A stretch of DNA of 43,329 bases, taken from NCBI GenBank assembly GCA_029560215.1, contig JAKPZB010000091.1:1-43329 (forward strand), read 5' to 3'. The notes under the pieces were generated by a model that made no database searches, had not been told where the DNA came from, and worked only from the letters and a program-made list of their open reading frames with translations. Both the position numbers and the translations under genes were made by a program. The DNA comes from Methanobacteriota archaeon (GTDB lineage: Archaea > Thermoplasmatota > Thermoplasmata > Methanomassiliicoccales > UBA472). Of the stretch, positions 29,031 to 38,684 are shown in pieces (within the stretch, counting starts at the first letter, position 1; each line of letters begins with the position of its first letter).

Positions 29031-29939
29031 ATGGACCTGACATTCCTGGGCACCGGCGGGAGCGTTCCCACCACCAAGCGCAACACGGTGTCCATAGCCT
29101 TGCGGTTGGGCCCGGAGGTTCTGATGTTCGATTGCGGGGAGGGCACCCAGAGGCAACTGATGGCCTCCTCGGTGTCCTTCATGAAGATCACCAGGATCTT
29201 CATCACCCATCACCACGGAGATCACTTCCTGGGGTTGCCGGGGCTCATCCAATCCATGAACTTCTACGGTCGGGAAGCCCCCCTTGACATCTACGGGCCG
29301 GACGGCACTCGGGAGATGGTAAAAACCGTTCTGGGATTGGGGATATTCGACCGGATGTATGAGGTCAAGGGGCATGACCTGGCTCCGGGCGACGTAGTCG
29401 TCGGTGAAGGTTACAAGGTCGTCGCCATCAAGGTCGAGCACACCATCCCCGCGCTCGGTTACGTGTTCCAGGAGGACGACCGTCCCGGGCGCTTCGATCC
29501 CGAGCGGGCCAAGGCTCTGGGGGTCAAGGAAGGTCCCAGCTTCTCCCGCCTGGTGGAAGGCCACCCGGTCAAGGTGGGCGGGTCCACGGTCACTCCGGAC
29601 ATGGTCATGGGGCCGGCCCGCAAGGGCCTCCGTCTGGTCTACAGCGGGGACACCGCCCCCTGTTCCGAGCTGGAAGCGGCTTGCAAAGGCGCCGATGTGC
29701 TGGTCCATGAGGCCACCGTCGCCTCCGACCTGGAGGCCAAGGCCAGGGAGTTCGGGCACAGCACGGCCAAGGACGCGGCGTTGCTGGCGAGGGAGTCGCG
29801 GGCGGGCGTTCTGTACCTGGTCCACATCAGCGGTCGTTACGATGGGGCCGAGGTCCTTATCGAGGAGGCCCGCGGAATATTCGAGAACACGTGCGTACCG
29901 AACGACCTGGAATCATTCGTTCTCCGCGTCGACCGTTAA
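29031..29939 (+). CDS. rnz: Ribonuclease Z
   Basis: FLGTGG..P, FDCGEGTQRQ, THHHGDH, exosite GP arm, SGDT, HEAT, GHST and HIS.RY. Confidence 0.96.
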   Translation: MDLTFLGTGGSVPTTKRNTVSIALRLGPEVLMFDCGEGTQRQLMASSVSFMKITRIFITHHHGDHFLGLPGLIQSMNFYGREAPLDIYGPDGTREMVKTVLGLGIFDRMYEVKGHDLAPGDVVVGEGYKVVAIKVEHTIPALGYVFQEDDRPGRFDPERAKALGVKEGPSFSRLVEGHPVKVGGSTVTPDMVMGPARKGLRLVYSGDTAPCSELEAACKGADVLVHEATVASDLEAKAREFGHSTAKDAALLARESRAGVLYLVHISGRYDGAEVLIEEARGIFENTCVPNDLESFVLRVDR

Positions 29940-29957
29940 TTCTTTTAGGAATATTTA

Positions 29958-30521
29958 TCACAGCATCTTGAGCAGGTCGGCCGATGTTATTATGCCGATC
30001 ATGTCGCCGTTGCGTCCGACCATCACCGCGTGGGAGCTGCTGAGAAGGGCGGTCACCGCCTCCACTGGAGTGTCCTCGTTCACTATCGGAAAAGCGTCCT
30101 CCATGATATCGCTCACCTTGAGCTCCACGATGGTCTCCATGCGTTCCCCGTCCCTTAGGCGAGCGAGTATCTGGTTCTCGCTGACGCTCCCCACGTGCTG
30201 CCGTCCGAGGAACACCGGCATCTGTGATATGCCAGCGGACCGCATGAGCTCGGTGGCCGCCTTCACCAGCTCGTTGGACTGCACCCCGACGATCTGCCTG
30301 GTGGCCAGGTCCCCGGCCTTGCTGGCCTTGGAATGGCGGCGGGATTCCTCCTGCAGGGCGGTGAATATTCTGGTCACCGCCTCATAGCTGCCCTTTATGC
30401 TCCCCCTCTCCAGCTTGGCGATGGTGGACTGACTTACGCCGCAGAGCCTGGCCAGCTCCTGCTGCGTGATATCAAGTGACTTGCGCAGCCGTTTGATCTC
30501 GCTCTCCGAAGGGAACTTCAT
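29958..30521 (-). CDS. XRE HTH + tandem CBS-domain transcriptional regulator
   Basis: LRKSLDITQQELA...VSQSTIAKLERG, followed by a CBS pair (ISQMPV, GIITSADLL). Confidence 0.9.
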   Translation of the reverse strand: MKFPSESEIKRLRKSLDITQQELARLCGVSQSTIAKLERGSIKGSYEAVTRIFTALQEESRRHSKASKAGDLATRQIVGVQSNELVKAATELMRSAGISQMPVFLGRQHVGSVSENQILARLRDGERMETIVELKVSDIMEDAFPIVNEDTPVEAVTALLSSSHAVMVGRNGDMIGIITSADLLKML

Positions 30522-30537
30522 GCTTTACGGTAATGAT

Positions 30538-30553
30538 TATTCGTATATGAATA
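30538..30553. promoter_or_regulatory. Imperfect palindrome in the HTH-CBS/mat divergent promoter (candidate operator)
   Basis: TATTCGTATATGAATA versus its reverse complement TATTCATATACGAATA (14/16). It lies 17-32 bp upstream of the regulator ATG. Confidence 0.4.
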
Positions 30554-30646
30554 TTTGAGTCAATCACCCTTATATCAAACCAGGAATTTCCAAGGAACCA
30601 TCCAGGTTCCCTCGCGGGTCCCTGCTTACAACAAGGTGAACGATCC

Positions 30647-31945
30647 ATGGCTAAGGTAAGCGCGAAGTCGAAGGCCGCCGCCAAGACGGTTGGCCGCAAG
30701 GTTTCCCCCAGGAAGGCATCCAAGAACATCGTGGTCGAGAGCATGAAGGCCGTCCCCCTCGCCCAGCAGAACGTTGAACTGGTGGAGAGAAAAGGCATCG
30801 GCCATCCGGACAGCATCTCCGACGGCATAGCGGAGGCCGTCTCGTTGGCATTGTGCAAGATGTACCTGGAGAGGTTCGGGGAGATATTGCACCACAACAC
30901 CGACCAGAACGAGGTGGTGGGCGGACAGAGCACCCCGAGGTTCGGCGGTGGAGAGGTCCTCGAGCCCATTCACATCATGCTCTCCGGACGCGCCATCACC
31001 CAGGTCAACGGCGAGCGCCTGCCCTACAGCACCACCGCCATCAACGCCACGAAGGAATATCTCAAGCGCTTCCCCAACCTCGATGTCAACCGCCACATCA
31101 CCGTGGACTGCCGCATCGGGAAGGGTTCCTTCGACCTGATCAAGAACTTCGAGGCCCTCAAGGACCAGTGCAAGATGGACGGGCGTGGCAACCACTGCCT
31201 GCTGGCCAACGACACCTCCTTCGGCTGCTCCTTCGCCCCCTACTCGGACACCGAGCTGGTGTGCCTGGAGACCGAGAAGTACGTGAACGGCGCGATGAAG
31301 AAGAAGCTCAAGGAGACCGGAGAGGACGTCAAGGTCATGTGCTCCCGCAAGGACAAGAAGATCAACATGACCATCGCCTGCGCCATGGTCGACCGCTACA
31401 TCCCGGACGCCGATCACTACAAGAGCGTCGTCGAGGAGATGAAGGAGAGGGTGCTGGACAACGCCACCAAGTTCACCGATTACGACGTGGCCTTGGACAT
31501 CAACCACGCCGACAATTCGGCTATCGGCAACTTCTACCTGACCGTCACCGGCCTCAGCGCCGAGAACGGGGACGACGGCTCCGTCGGCCGCGGGAACCGC
31601 ATGAACGGTCTGATCACCCCGTACCGCACCATGTCCATGGAGGCCTCGGCCGGCAAGAACCCCATCACCCACGTGGGCAAGATGTACAACATCCTGGCCA
31701 ACTGGATCGCCAACGACATCGTCAAGAAGAGCAACGGCAACATCGTGGAGGCCGACGTGCGCATCCTCTCTCAGATCGGCCGCCCCATCAGCGACCCGGA
31801 GACCTGCAGCGTGCAGCTGTTCCTGGCCCCTGGCGCCGACGCGGCCAAGTGGCAGAAGGAGGCCTACGCCATATCCGACGAATGGTTGGAGAACATCGGC
31901 AAGGTCACGGAGAAAGTTGTAAAAGGACAGGTCACGGTATTCTGA
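30647..31945 (+). CDS. mat: S-adenosylmethionine synthetase, archaeal type
   Basis: [39 protein letters not shown] and GKNP..HVGK.YN. Confidence 0.96.
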   Translation: MAKVSAKSKAAAKTVGRKVSPRKASKNIVVESMKAVPLAQQNVELVERKGIGHPDSISDGIAEAVSLALCKMYLERFGEILHHNTDQNEVVGGQSTPRFGGGEVLEPIHIMLSGRAITQVNGERLPYSTTAINATKEYLKRFPNLDVNRHITVDCRIGKGSFDLIKNFEALKDQCKMDGRGNHCLLANDTSFGCSFAPYSDTELVCLETEKYVNGAMKKKLKETGEDVKVMCSRKDKKINMTIACAMVDRYIPDADHYKSVVEEMKERVLDNATKFTDYDVALDINHADNSAIGNFYLTVTGLSAENGDDGSVGRGNRMNGLITPYRTMSMEASAGKNPITHVGKMYNILANWIANDIVKKSNGNIVEADVRILSQIGRPISDPETCSVQLFLAPGADAAKWQKEAYAISDEWLENIGKVTEKVVKGQVTVF

Positions 31946-31948
31946 GGC

Positions 31949-32533
31949 ATGAAGCTCGTCGACCTGCCCCGCTACGGTCCGGTGCACCGCTTCGGCAATC
32001 ACCACGTGTACCGCACGCTGATGGTGCTCTCGGACCAGAAACGCAAAGGGCGTAAGCAGATAGCGGACGCGGTGGGCATCGGCGAAGGCAGCATGCGCAC
32101 GATAATCGAATACCTCCGTGGACTGGACATGATCGATATACGTCAAACCGGCGTTAAGATCACCCGCCACGGAAACGCCTTCCTATCCGACCTTCCCATC
32201 AAGATGGCCGACATAGGCCACGGCTCCATCGCCCTGGGCAAGGAATGCGTCGCGGTGCACATGAGCAACAACGGCGACAAGATCAAGATGGGCGTGGAGC
32301 AGCGCGACTCGGCCATCATGGCCGGGGCGGAGGGGGCTACCACCCTGGTGGTCCGTGATGGCAAGCTCACCGTGCCGCCCGATTATGTCATAGACGAGCG
32401 TGACCCGACCCTGGCCAAACTTCTTCATGAGAAGTTCAACCTGCGCGAGGGGGACGCCATCATAATCGGCACCGCCTCCACGGTGTCCAAGGCCGAGGAC
32501 GGAGCTCTGGCCGCCGCTTTCGACCTACTCTAG
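31949..32533 (+). CDS. Winged-HTH protein (DUF2111/DUF4443-like), co-transcribed with mat
   Basis: [19 protein letters not shown] and QRDSAI.AGA.GATT. Confidence 0.75.
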   Translation: MKLVDLPRYGPVHRFGNHHVYRTLMVLSDQKRKGRKQIADAVGIGEGSMRTIIEYLRGLDMIDIRQTGVKITRHGNAFLSDLPIKMADIGHGSIALGKECVAVHMSNNGDKIKMGVEQRDSAIMAGAEGATTLVVRDGKLTVPPDYVIDERDPTLAKLLHEKFNLREGDAIIIGTASTVSKAEDGALAAAFDLL

Positions 32534-34525
32534 GAGCCGTTCGATCTCATTCCGGTCGTCGGTCTCCGGCAGGCAGGCGCCTTTTACGCATAGCCGGTAT
32601 CCATGGGGAAGCAAGGGCTGCCCTTCAAGATGCTCGGCCCTGATGGTCAGCAGGTGAGGGTTATATCCAGCGAACCAGGGGTCGGAATTTCCGAAGACCT
32701 CCAAGGTCCTCGAGGACTTCTTCATCAGCGCCCCGCACATGAACATGGCATAGGCGGACGGCGTTAAACGTAGCTCCCGCATGAAGTGCTTCTCCACACC
32801 TTCCAGGGCCTCCGCCGTCCGGGGGTCGCCGAAAAGGGCGGACAGCTGTGCGAGGACATAGTACGCGACCGAGTTACCGGAGGGGGATGCCCCGTCGTAA
32901 AGGTCCTTGGTCCTGATCAGCAGGCCCGGGTCCTCCCGCGACAGGTAGAACCCTCCGTCCTCACGATCGAGGAACAGCGCCATCATCTCCTCTATCAGGT
33001 CCAAGCATCTTTCCAGGTGCCTTCTCTCCAAGGTGGCGAAGTACATCTCCAGATGGGCCCAGGCCAGGCAGGCGTGGTCGTCCAATAGTGCGGGCACCCC
33101 GATCTCCCCATCTCGATATGAATGATAGAGGGCACCTTCCTTGAACAGGTTCCGGTCCAGGAAGTCCATGGCTTTGATGGCCAGGGGGAGAGCCTCTTCG
33201 CAATCGAGCTGGCGATGCGCCTTGCACAGGGCCGCCACCATCAGTCCGTTCCAATCAGTGAGGACCTTGTCGTCCAAGGCCGGTCGTGGTCTCTTCTGCC
33301 GATGAACGTTCAGTTCCTTCCGGATACGTTCGTCCCAGGCGTACATCTCCCCGGGGTCCGTTCCCTTCAGGGAGGCGAACTCCCGGATGGTCCTGGTACG
33401 ATGGAGCACATTGAGGCCAGACCTGGTACGGGTGGCCTCGTCACGGAAATTTCCCGAGTCCCAGACGTCGTACAGCTCCTTGAATCTCTGCAGGTCCTCC
33501 GGGGAGAGCAGGGTGGAAAGCTCCTCATACCTCCAGACATAGAAGGCTCCCTCCTTTCCCTCGGAATCCGCGTCCTCGGAGGAACGGAACCCGCCTTCCG
33601 GGGAGGCGAGGTCCCGTTCGACGTAGCGGACCAGCTCGATCCCCGCCTGGCGGTACTCCCGATCGCCGGTGACCGCGTAGGCCTCCGCCAAGGCCATCAG
33701 CATCATGGCCTGGTCGTAGAGCATCTTCTCGAAGTGCGGCAGGTGCCAGCGGTGGTCTGTGGAATACCGGTGGAATCCTCCGCCCAGATGGTCCCTTATC
33801 CCGCCTCGGGCGATATTATCCATGGTCTTGATGGCCATTTCCAGGGCCTTTACGTCCTTCCTCTCTCGGTAAAATCGCAGAAGGAACAGAAGCTTGTGCG
33901 GGGAGGGGAACTTCCGTTCCGCGTCGAACCCGCCGTATCGAGGCTCGAAGTCCTCGCCCAGGTGCTGAAACGTCAGGTCGATCAGCTCAAGGACGTCCCC
34001 CTCGGCGGGGTCCCGCTCGAAGGAGTCCAGGATCTCCAGGACCTTGACCGCGACATCCTGGATCTCTTCCCTCCTCTCCTGCCAGGTGCGATGCGCCGCC
34101 GGCAGCAGGTCGATCATCCCCGGCATTCCCTGGCGGGACCGTTTCGGCAGGTAGGTCCCGGCCCAGAAGGGGACCCGCTCCGGGGTCATCAATATGGTCA
34201 GGGGCCATCCTCCGCTCCCGGTCATCATCTGGCAGACCTTCATGTACAAGCTGTCCACCTCCGGCCGCTCCTCCCGGTCCACCTTGATGCTGACGAACCA
34301 GTCGTTCATCATCTTGGCCACCTCGACGTCCTCGAAGCTCTCCCGTTCCATGACGTGGCACCAGTGGCAGGACGAATAGCCGATGGAAAGGATGATCGGT
34401 CGGTCGAGCTCCTTCGCCCTCTCGAACGCCTCCGCTCCCCAGGGATACCAATCCACCGGATTGCGGGAGTGCTGCAGCAGGTAGGGGCTACGCTCCTTGG
34501 CGAGGCGGTTCTCAGGTCCGGCCAT
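32525..34525 (-). CDS. YyaL/SSP411 family protein (thioredoxin-like domain + alpha/alpha barrel)
   Basis: [45 protein letters not shown] and DDKVL.DWNGL. Confidence 0.93.
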   Translation of the reverse strand: MAGPENRLAKERSPYLLQHSRNPVDWYPWGAEAFERAKELDRPIILSIGYSSCHWCHVMERESFEDVEVAKMMNDWFVSIKVDREERPEVDSLYMKVCQMMTGSGGWPLTILMTPERVPFWAGTYLPKRSRQGMPGMIDLLPAAHRTWQERREEIQDVAVKVLEILDSFERDPAEGDVLELIDLTFQHLGEDFEPRYGGFDAERKFPSPHKLLFLLRFYRERKDVKALEMAIKTMDNIARGGIRDHLGGGFHRYSTDHRWHLPHFEKMLYDQAMMLMALAEAYAVTGDREYRQAGIELVRYVERDLASPEGGFRSSEDADSEGKEGAFYVWRYEELSTLLSPEDLQRFKELYDVWDSGNFRDEATRTRSGLNVLHRTRTIREFASLKGTDPGEMYAWDERIRKELNVHRQKRPRPALDDKVLTDWNGLMVAALCKAHRQLDCEEALPLAIKAMDFLDRNLFKEGALYHSYRDGEIGVPALLDDHACLAWAHLEMYFATLERRHLERCLDLIEEMMALFLDREDGGFYLSREDPGLLIRTKDLYDGASPSGNSVAYYVLAQLSALFGDPRTAEALEGVEKHFMRELRLTPSAYAMFMCGALMKKSSRTLEVFGNSDPWFAGYNPHLLTIRAEHLEGQPLLPHGYRLCVKGACLPETDDRNEIERLLE

Positions 34526-34659
34526 GAATGGTGCTAACGAAGCTGCTCGGTAATCTACCTATTCCTTCGGTGTAAAATATCGGGTCATAGTGATAGTATT
34601 ATATGACGGTCGTCCAATCACCTTGCCAGTATTTCCGGTCTTTGGGATGGGATGCGCCG

Positions 34660-35871
34660 GTGAACATTCGCAATTGGTTGGGTGGAGGGAGGGATAGCGC
34701 TAGCGTCAGCGAACGCCAGTCCCTCCGTTACGCCACCTTTTTCATACTCCTTCTCGGCGTGGTGTCGCTTTTCGCCGACATGTCCTACGAGGGCGCGAAG
34801 AGCATCAGCGGGTCATACCTGAAGACCCTGGGCGCCACCGCGGCCACCGTAGCCCTGGTCTCCGGCTTCGGGGAGTTCATCGGTTACGGCTGGAGAGTGG
34901 TCTCCGGCCATATCACCGACCGCACCGGCCGCTACTGGACCATCGTGGTCATCGGCTACGCCATGAATTTGCTGGCCATTCCGCTGCTGGCCTTCACCGG
35001 GGACTGGTACACGGTGGCCATACTGATCGTCATGGAGCGCATGGGCAAGGCGATCAGGGCACCGGCCCGCGACGCCATGCTCTCCCACGCCGCCATCAAG
35101 ACCGGCCGGGGATGGGCCTTCGGGGTGCAGGAGGCCCTGTCCTCCGTGGGAGCCATGATCGGGCCGGTGGCCATCTTCCTGGTGTTCTGGGCCGGCGGTG
35201 ACTATTCCATGGCCTTCCTGCTCATGGGGATCCCGGCGCTGCTGTCCCTGGGCGTTCTTTATTACACGTACACGAAGTACCCCAAGCCGCAGCTGATGGA
35301 ACCGCCCAAGCCGCAGGAGAAGGCGATGCTTCCCCGCCGCTTCTGGCTGTACGCGCTGGCCGCCGCGTTCATGGCCGCAGGTTACATCGATTATCCCCTA
35401 GTGGCCTATCACATACAGAATCACGAGCTAGGCAACGAGATGGTGATCCCTCTGCTCTATGCCCTGGCCATGGGGGCGGACGCCATATCGGCGATGGTTC
35501 TGGGCAAGCTGTTCGACCAGGGCGGGCCGAAGGTGCTTCTGGTGGTCATTATCCCGGCCGCCTTCTTCCCGGTGCTGGCCTTCTCCGATTCGATGGTCCT
35601 CATCGCCGCCGGAATGGGCCTGTTCGGGCTGGGCATGGGCGCCCAGGAATCGATAATGCGGGCGGTCGTCGCCGACCTGGCGCCGGTGGGAAGAAGAGCC
35701 ACCGCCTACGGCTATTACAACACCGTGTTCGGCATATTCTGGTTCGTGGGGTCCCTGGGTTTGGGCATGCTCTACGACCTGTCGATACCGACGATGATCG
35801 CCATATCCGTGGGAGTGCAGCTGATCTCCGTTCCCCTGTTCCTGATGTTCCTGCGCGACAGAACAGGGTAA
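34660..35871 (+). CDS. MFS transporter
   Basis: VSLFADMSYEG, ERMGKAIRAPARDA and GRGWAFG, with about 12 TM segments. The start is uncertain (GTG 34660; frame open from 34603). Confidence 0.88.
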   Translation: MNIRNWLGGGRDSASVSERQSLRYATFFILLLGVVSLFADMSYEGAKSISGSYLKTLGATAATVALVSGFGEFIGYGWRVVSGHITDRTGRYWTIVVIGYAMNLLAIPLLAFTGDWYTVAILIVMERMGKAIRAPARDAMLSHAAIKTGRGWAFGVQEALSSVGAMIGPVAIFLVFWAGGDYSMAFLLMGIPALLSLGVLYYTYTKYPKPQLMEPPKPQEKAMLPRRFWLYALAAAFMAAGYIDYPLVAYHIQNHELGNEMVIPLLYALAMGADAISAMVLGKLFDQGGPKVLLVVIIPAAFFPVLAFSDSMVLIAAGMGLFGLGMGAQESIMRAVVADLAPVGRRATAYGYYNTVFGIFWFVGSLGLGMLYDLSIPTMIAISVGVQLISVPLFLMFLRDRTG

Positions 35872-35874
35872 TAA

Positions 35875-35976
35875 AAGGTTTGGAAGGGGTTTGGGCGGCC
35901 TTTCGAGGCCTTGAACCCCTTTTGGCGTTTCTCCTCCTATTCGTCCCGCGAAAGATGAGGATCACCGCGAGACGAT
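35875..35976 (-). ncRNA. Candidate small structured RNA (two hairpins)
   Basis: Stem 35941-35950/35966-35975 has a U-G pair only on the minus strand. A second stem is 35884-35891/35914-35921. A TATA-like TTTATTAAA lies near 36003-35995, and the 3' end resembles this genome's AAACCCCTT terminators. Confidence 0.35.
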
Positions 35977-36014
35977 ATTATTATAAAAGTAGCATTTAAT
36001 AAATTTACCTAGGC

Positions 36015-36050
36015 AAAAATGTGAAAGGAGTTTAGAAAAGGGGTTTGGAT
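36015..36050 (-). terminator. Pyrimidine-rich terminator after the glutamate-synthase-like gene
   Basis: Minus strand reads ATCCAAACCCCTTTTCTAAACTCCTTTCACATTTTT, with the same AAACCCCTTT core as after hppA. Confidence 0.55.
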
Positions 36051-36058
36051 GGACGCTT

Positions 36059-37669
36059 TCACCATTTTTCCAACATGGGCATCATGACCCGCTCGGCCAG
36101 GTTCTCCAGGGTCTCCACGCCGGTGACCTTCTGGGCGTATGGCGTCAAGGAGGCGATGTCGCTGCGTTGGATGTTCTCCAGGGTGAACTTCCTGCTTCCG
36201 GCCATCAGCTGCTTGAGCCCTTCGCCGAGACGGTCCACGAAGTAGGTGTACTCGCCGACCGCGCCGTAGGGGATGTCCGTTCCCAGTTTCTTCTTGTAGC
36301 GGTGCTCCAGCTCCTGTGCGGCGATGAAGAAGGTCTTCGGGTCGCTGCCGTAGGCGGCGGTGAAGCTGCTGGGCAAGGAATTGGTCTCCGCCAGCTTCAC
36401 GAAGTTGGCGCTCTTCATGGCCGTCAGCAGCGGGGCCCGGGCCATGGCGATGGCCTTCACCAGCGGCCCGTCGCCGAGGTTGCTCATGGCCATCGACTTG
36501 TAGATCTGCGTCTCGTTGACGAAACCGCCGGCCATGACCAGGTCGGGGATGAACTTGCCCTTCCTCATCATGACCTGGGCGCACATCATCATCTGCGCCT
36601 GGAGGTGCACGGTGGGGGTGCTCATCTCGTTCATCATGGGCACCGGGGACATGCCAGTCCCGCCGCCCGCGCCGTCGAAGGTCAGCATGTCGATCTTGGC
36701 CTCCGAGGCCGCCTTCATGGTGAAGGCCACCACCTCCGGCCGATAGGCGCCGGTCTTGAGGAACACGTACTTGGCGCCTCGCGACCTAAGGTCCTCGACA
36801 TCCTCGATGAAGGACCGGTGGTCCGGGAAGCCCACCCGGGAGTGCCTCTCGAAGCTCTTGAAGGCTCCGGCCTTGAAGGCATCCTGCACATCCTTGTCCT
36901 CGGGGTCCGGGAGCACCAGGTATCCGCGCTTCTTCAGCTCCAAGGCCCGCTCCAGGGTGGTCAGGCGGACCTCGCCTCCGATGGCCTTGGCGCCCTGTCC
37001 CCACTTCCTCTCGATGATATCCACCTCCAGCTTGCTGAGCGCGTACTCGTCGACGCCTCCGCGCTGGTCCTCGACATTGGTCTGCACGGCGATGCCGCCG
37101 TATTTGCCGTCGTAGAGCTCCTTGTAGGACCTGACCCTGAAGGCCAGGTCGGGCGAGCTGGTGACCTTGCCCCTGGTGTAGACGGACTCGTGGTCCATGC
37201 CGCATACGTTCTCGCCCACGGTCTGGACGACCCCGCTCATGGCCGCGCCCTTGGCCATGGCCTCCCAGTGGCGCTTGGCGACGGCGGTCGAGCCCAGGCC
37301 GGCGATGATCAGGGGCACCTTCAGCTTGATCGGTCTCTTGGAACGGGTGGCCACCGCGGTGGTGATGTCCACGTTCTCAAAGAAGGCCTTGTCCGGGGTC
37401 GCCTCGATGCCATGGGCCCCGATCAGCTCGGCCATGATCTGGAAGTGCGACCAGTCCAGGTGGAACTCCTTGTTGGAGGCGGCGGTGCTCTTGCCAAAGT
37501 ATTCCGGCAGGGGGTATAGCACTTCGCGTCCCCGGAAGGCGGACTTCCCGACCTCGCAGAGAACGTTGCAGTCCTCCACGCAGATGGGGCACATTCCGTT
37601 CACAGGGCTGATATCTGGCACACGGGTCTTGGTTCCGGTGGTCGATCTGCTGTTCTCTATGGTGTTCAA
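36059..37669 (-). CDS. FMN-binding glutamate synthase family protein (stand-alone FMN barrel)
   Basis: KWGQGAK.IGGE, LKTG, DGAGGGTGMSP and AGG, with an N-terminal CxxCxxxCxxxC cluster. TTG start. Confidence 0.88.
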   Translation of the reverse strand: MNTIENSRSTTGTKTRVPDISPVNGMCPICVEDCNVLCEVGKSAFRGREVLYPLPEYFGKSTAASNKEFHLDWSHFQIMAELIGAHGIEATPDKAFFENVDITTAVATRSKRPIKLKVPLIIAGLGSTAVAKRHWEAMAKGAAMSGVVQTVGENVCGMDHESVYTRGKVTSSPDLAFRVRSYKELYDGKYGGIAVQTNVEDQRGGVDEYALSKLEVDIIERKWGQGAKAIGGEVRLTTLERALELKKRGYLVLPDPEDKDVQDAFKAGAFKSFERHSRVGFPDHRSFIEDVEDLRSRGAKYVFLKTGAYRPEVVAFTMKAASEAKIDMLTFDGAGGGTGMSPVPMMNEMSTPTVHLQAQMMMCAQVMMRKGKFIPDLVMAGGFVNETQIYKSMAMSNLGDGPLVKAIAMARAPLLTAMKSANFVKLAETNSLPSSFTAAYGSDPKTFFIAAQELEHRYKKKLGTDIPYGAVGEYTYFVDRLGEGLKQLMAGSRKFTLENIQRSDIASLTPYAQKVTGVETLENLAERVMMPMLEKW

Positions 37670-37745
37670 GGTGGTCTCACTTCCTTTACTAACGCTTGAG
37701 ACGATGGCATATGATGTCTGTATATGAATCTTATCGGAGAAAAAA

Positions 37746-37833
37746 TAGACATATATCTAACAATTATAAAAGGATTGTATCTAAATATCTAAATATTTAA
37801 TCTTAACAACCTGTAATTCTAGACATTTGTCTA
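37746..37833. promoter_or_regulatory. Pair of 14-bp inverted repeats TAGAYAnnTRTCTA (candidate operators)
   Basis: TAGACATATATCTA at 37746-37759 and TAGACATTTGTCTA at 37820-37833, in an AT-rich divergent intergenic region. Confidence 0.5.
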
Positions 37834-37892
37834 TGAAGCATATTCGAAACCTCCTTATGTAGTAAAGTAATCCCCCGGTGTAGGTGCGGTAA

Positions 37893-38093
37893 TTGGCTCC
37901 GAGTCTGCTTTGGGTAAGTACCATGTGGGGAGCGTCGGTAGGAATCATAATCGCGGATATAGTCTACTTCTTCACCGATTCTCTGGCCTCGTTCCTGCTC
38001 TTCATCCCTTTTGCCATCATTGGCTATCTCTTGGCTAGAAGGTTCCTGCGTAAATGGGGTTCGGTCGAAGGATACATAAAAGGCGGCAAATAG
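37893..38093 (+). CDS. Small two-TM membrane protein
   Basis: 66 aa with two hydrophobic segments followed by a basic tail (ARRFLRKW). AGGTG precedes the TTG start. Confidence 0.6.
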   Translation: MAPSLLWVSTMWGASVGIIIADIVYFFTDSLASFLLFIPFAIIGYLLARRFLRKWGSVEGYIKGGK

Positions 38094-38146
38094 GCCAACA
38101 TTTTTAATCACAACCTACAATATACACGGCAGGAGAAGGGATTCCT

Positions 38147-38680
38147 TTGCCAGACATAAGGGATAGGGTGGAGGACGACCGCGGATTGTTGAAGAAGATC
38201 CAATTGGTCGTTCCGGGATTCCGTGGTTATAGGATCAGGGAGGACCTAAGGGACTCCGATCGCATGCTCAGGGCCGAGCTGGCCAAGAGGCTGGCCTTGC
38301 AGAGGTCCCAACTGGAGGATGCGCGAAGAGCCCTGGTCAGGGAGAATCCCATGTCCAAGGCCCTGGAGGAGATGGGCGGGGTGGTCAGCTCCATGAAGAG
38401 AGTGGAGGGCGAGATGCTGCACGCCGAGGTCGGCTACTCCGGGATCTCCGCCGACGTGAAGATGAAGGACGGCGAGCTCAACCGGCTCTACGAGTACGAC
38501 TATTCGATGATCGAGAGCCTGAACTTCATCGATGACGCGCTCATCAAGGTTCCGGAGATGGTCCGGTCCAGCAATGACGCCGGACTGCGGGACGCGGTGG
38601 AGACGGTGAGGACCAGGGTCGACGGGTTGGAGAGCCGCTTCAAACGCCGCAAGGCGGCCATAACTGGAACGGGGCTGTGA
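38147..38680 (+). CDS. Alpha-helical hypothetical protein, first gene of the SPFH operon
   Basis: PGFRGY..RE..R..D..LR, GYSG and L..LYEYD patterns, with heptad-like charged helices. AGGAG RBS and TTG start. Confidence 0.8.
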   Translation: MPDIRDRVEDDRGLLKKIQLVVPGFRGYRIREDLRDSDRMLRAELAKRLALQRSQLEDARRALVRENPMSKALEEMGGVVSSMKRVEGEMLHAEVGYSGISADVKMKDGELNRLYEYDYSMIESLNFIDDALIKVPEMVRSSNDAGLRDAVETVRTRVDGLESRFKRRKAAITGTGL

Positions 38681-38684
38681 TCAT

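Noticed and set aside
27918-29939. MFS-RNase Z fusion by amber read-through
   Set aside because: In-frame adjacency has a 1-in-3 chance. rnz has its own AGGT RBS and canonical N-terminus, and the fusion has no functional rationale.
30583-30646. SAM riboswitch upstream of mat, or NrpR operator
   Set aside because: I could not match any SAM-I/II/III/V consensus. The GGAA...TTCC spacing is 9 nt, not the 6 nt of NrpR boxes.
35600-35965. Basic 121-aa minus-strand ORF (MILIFRGTNRRRNAK...)
   Set aside because: It runs antisense deep into the MFS gene and has no recognisable family. The RNA-structure explanation fits better.
37803-38111. 102-aa minus-strand ORF
   Set aside because: It is antisense to the more plausible two-TM ORF and runs into the operator region.
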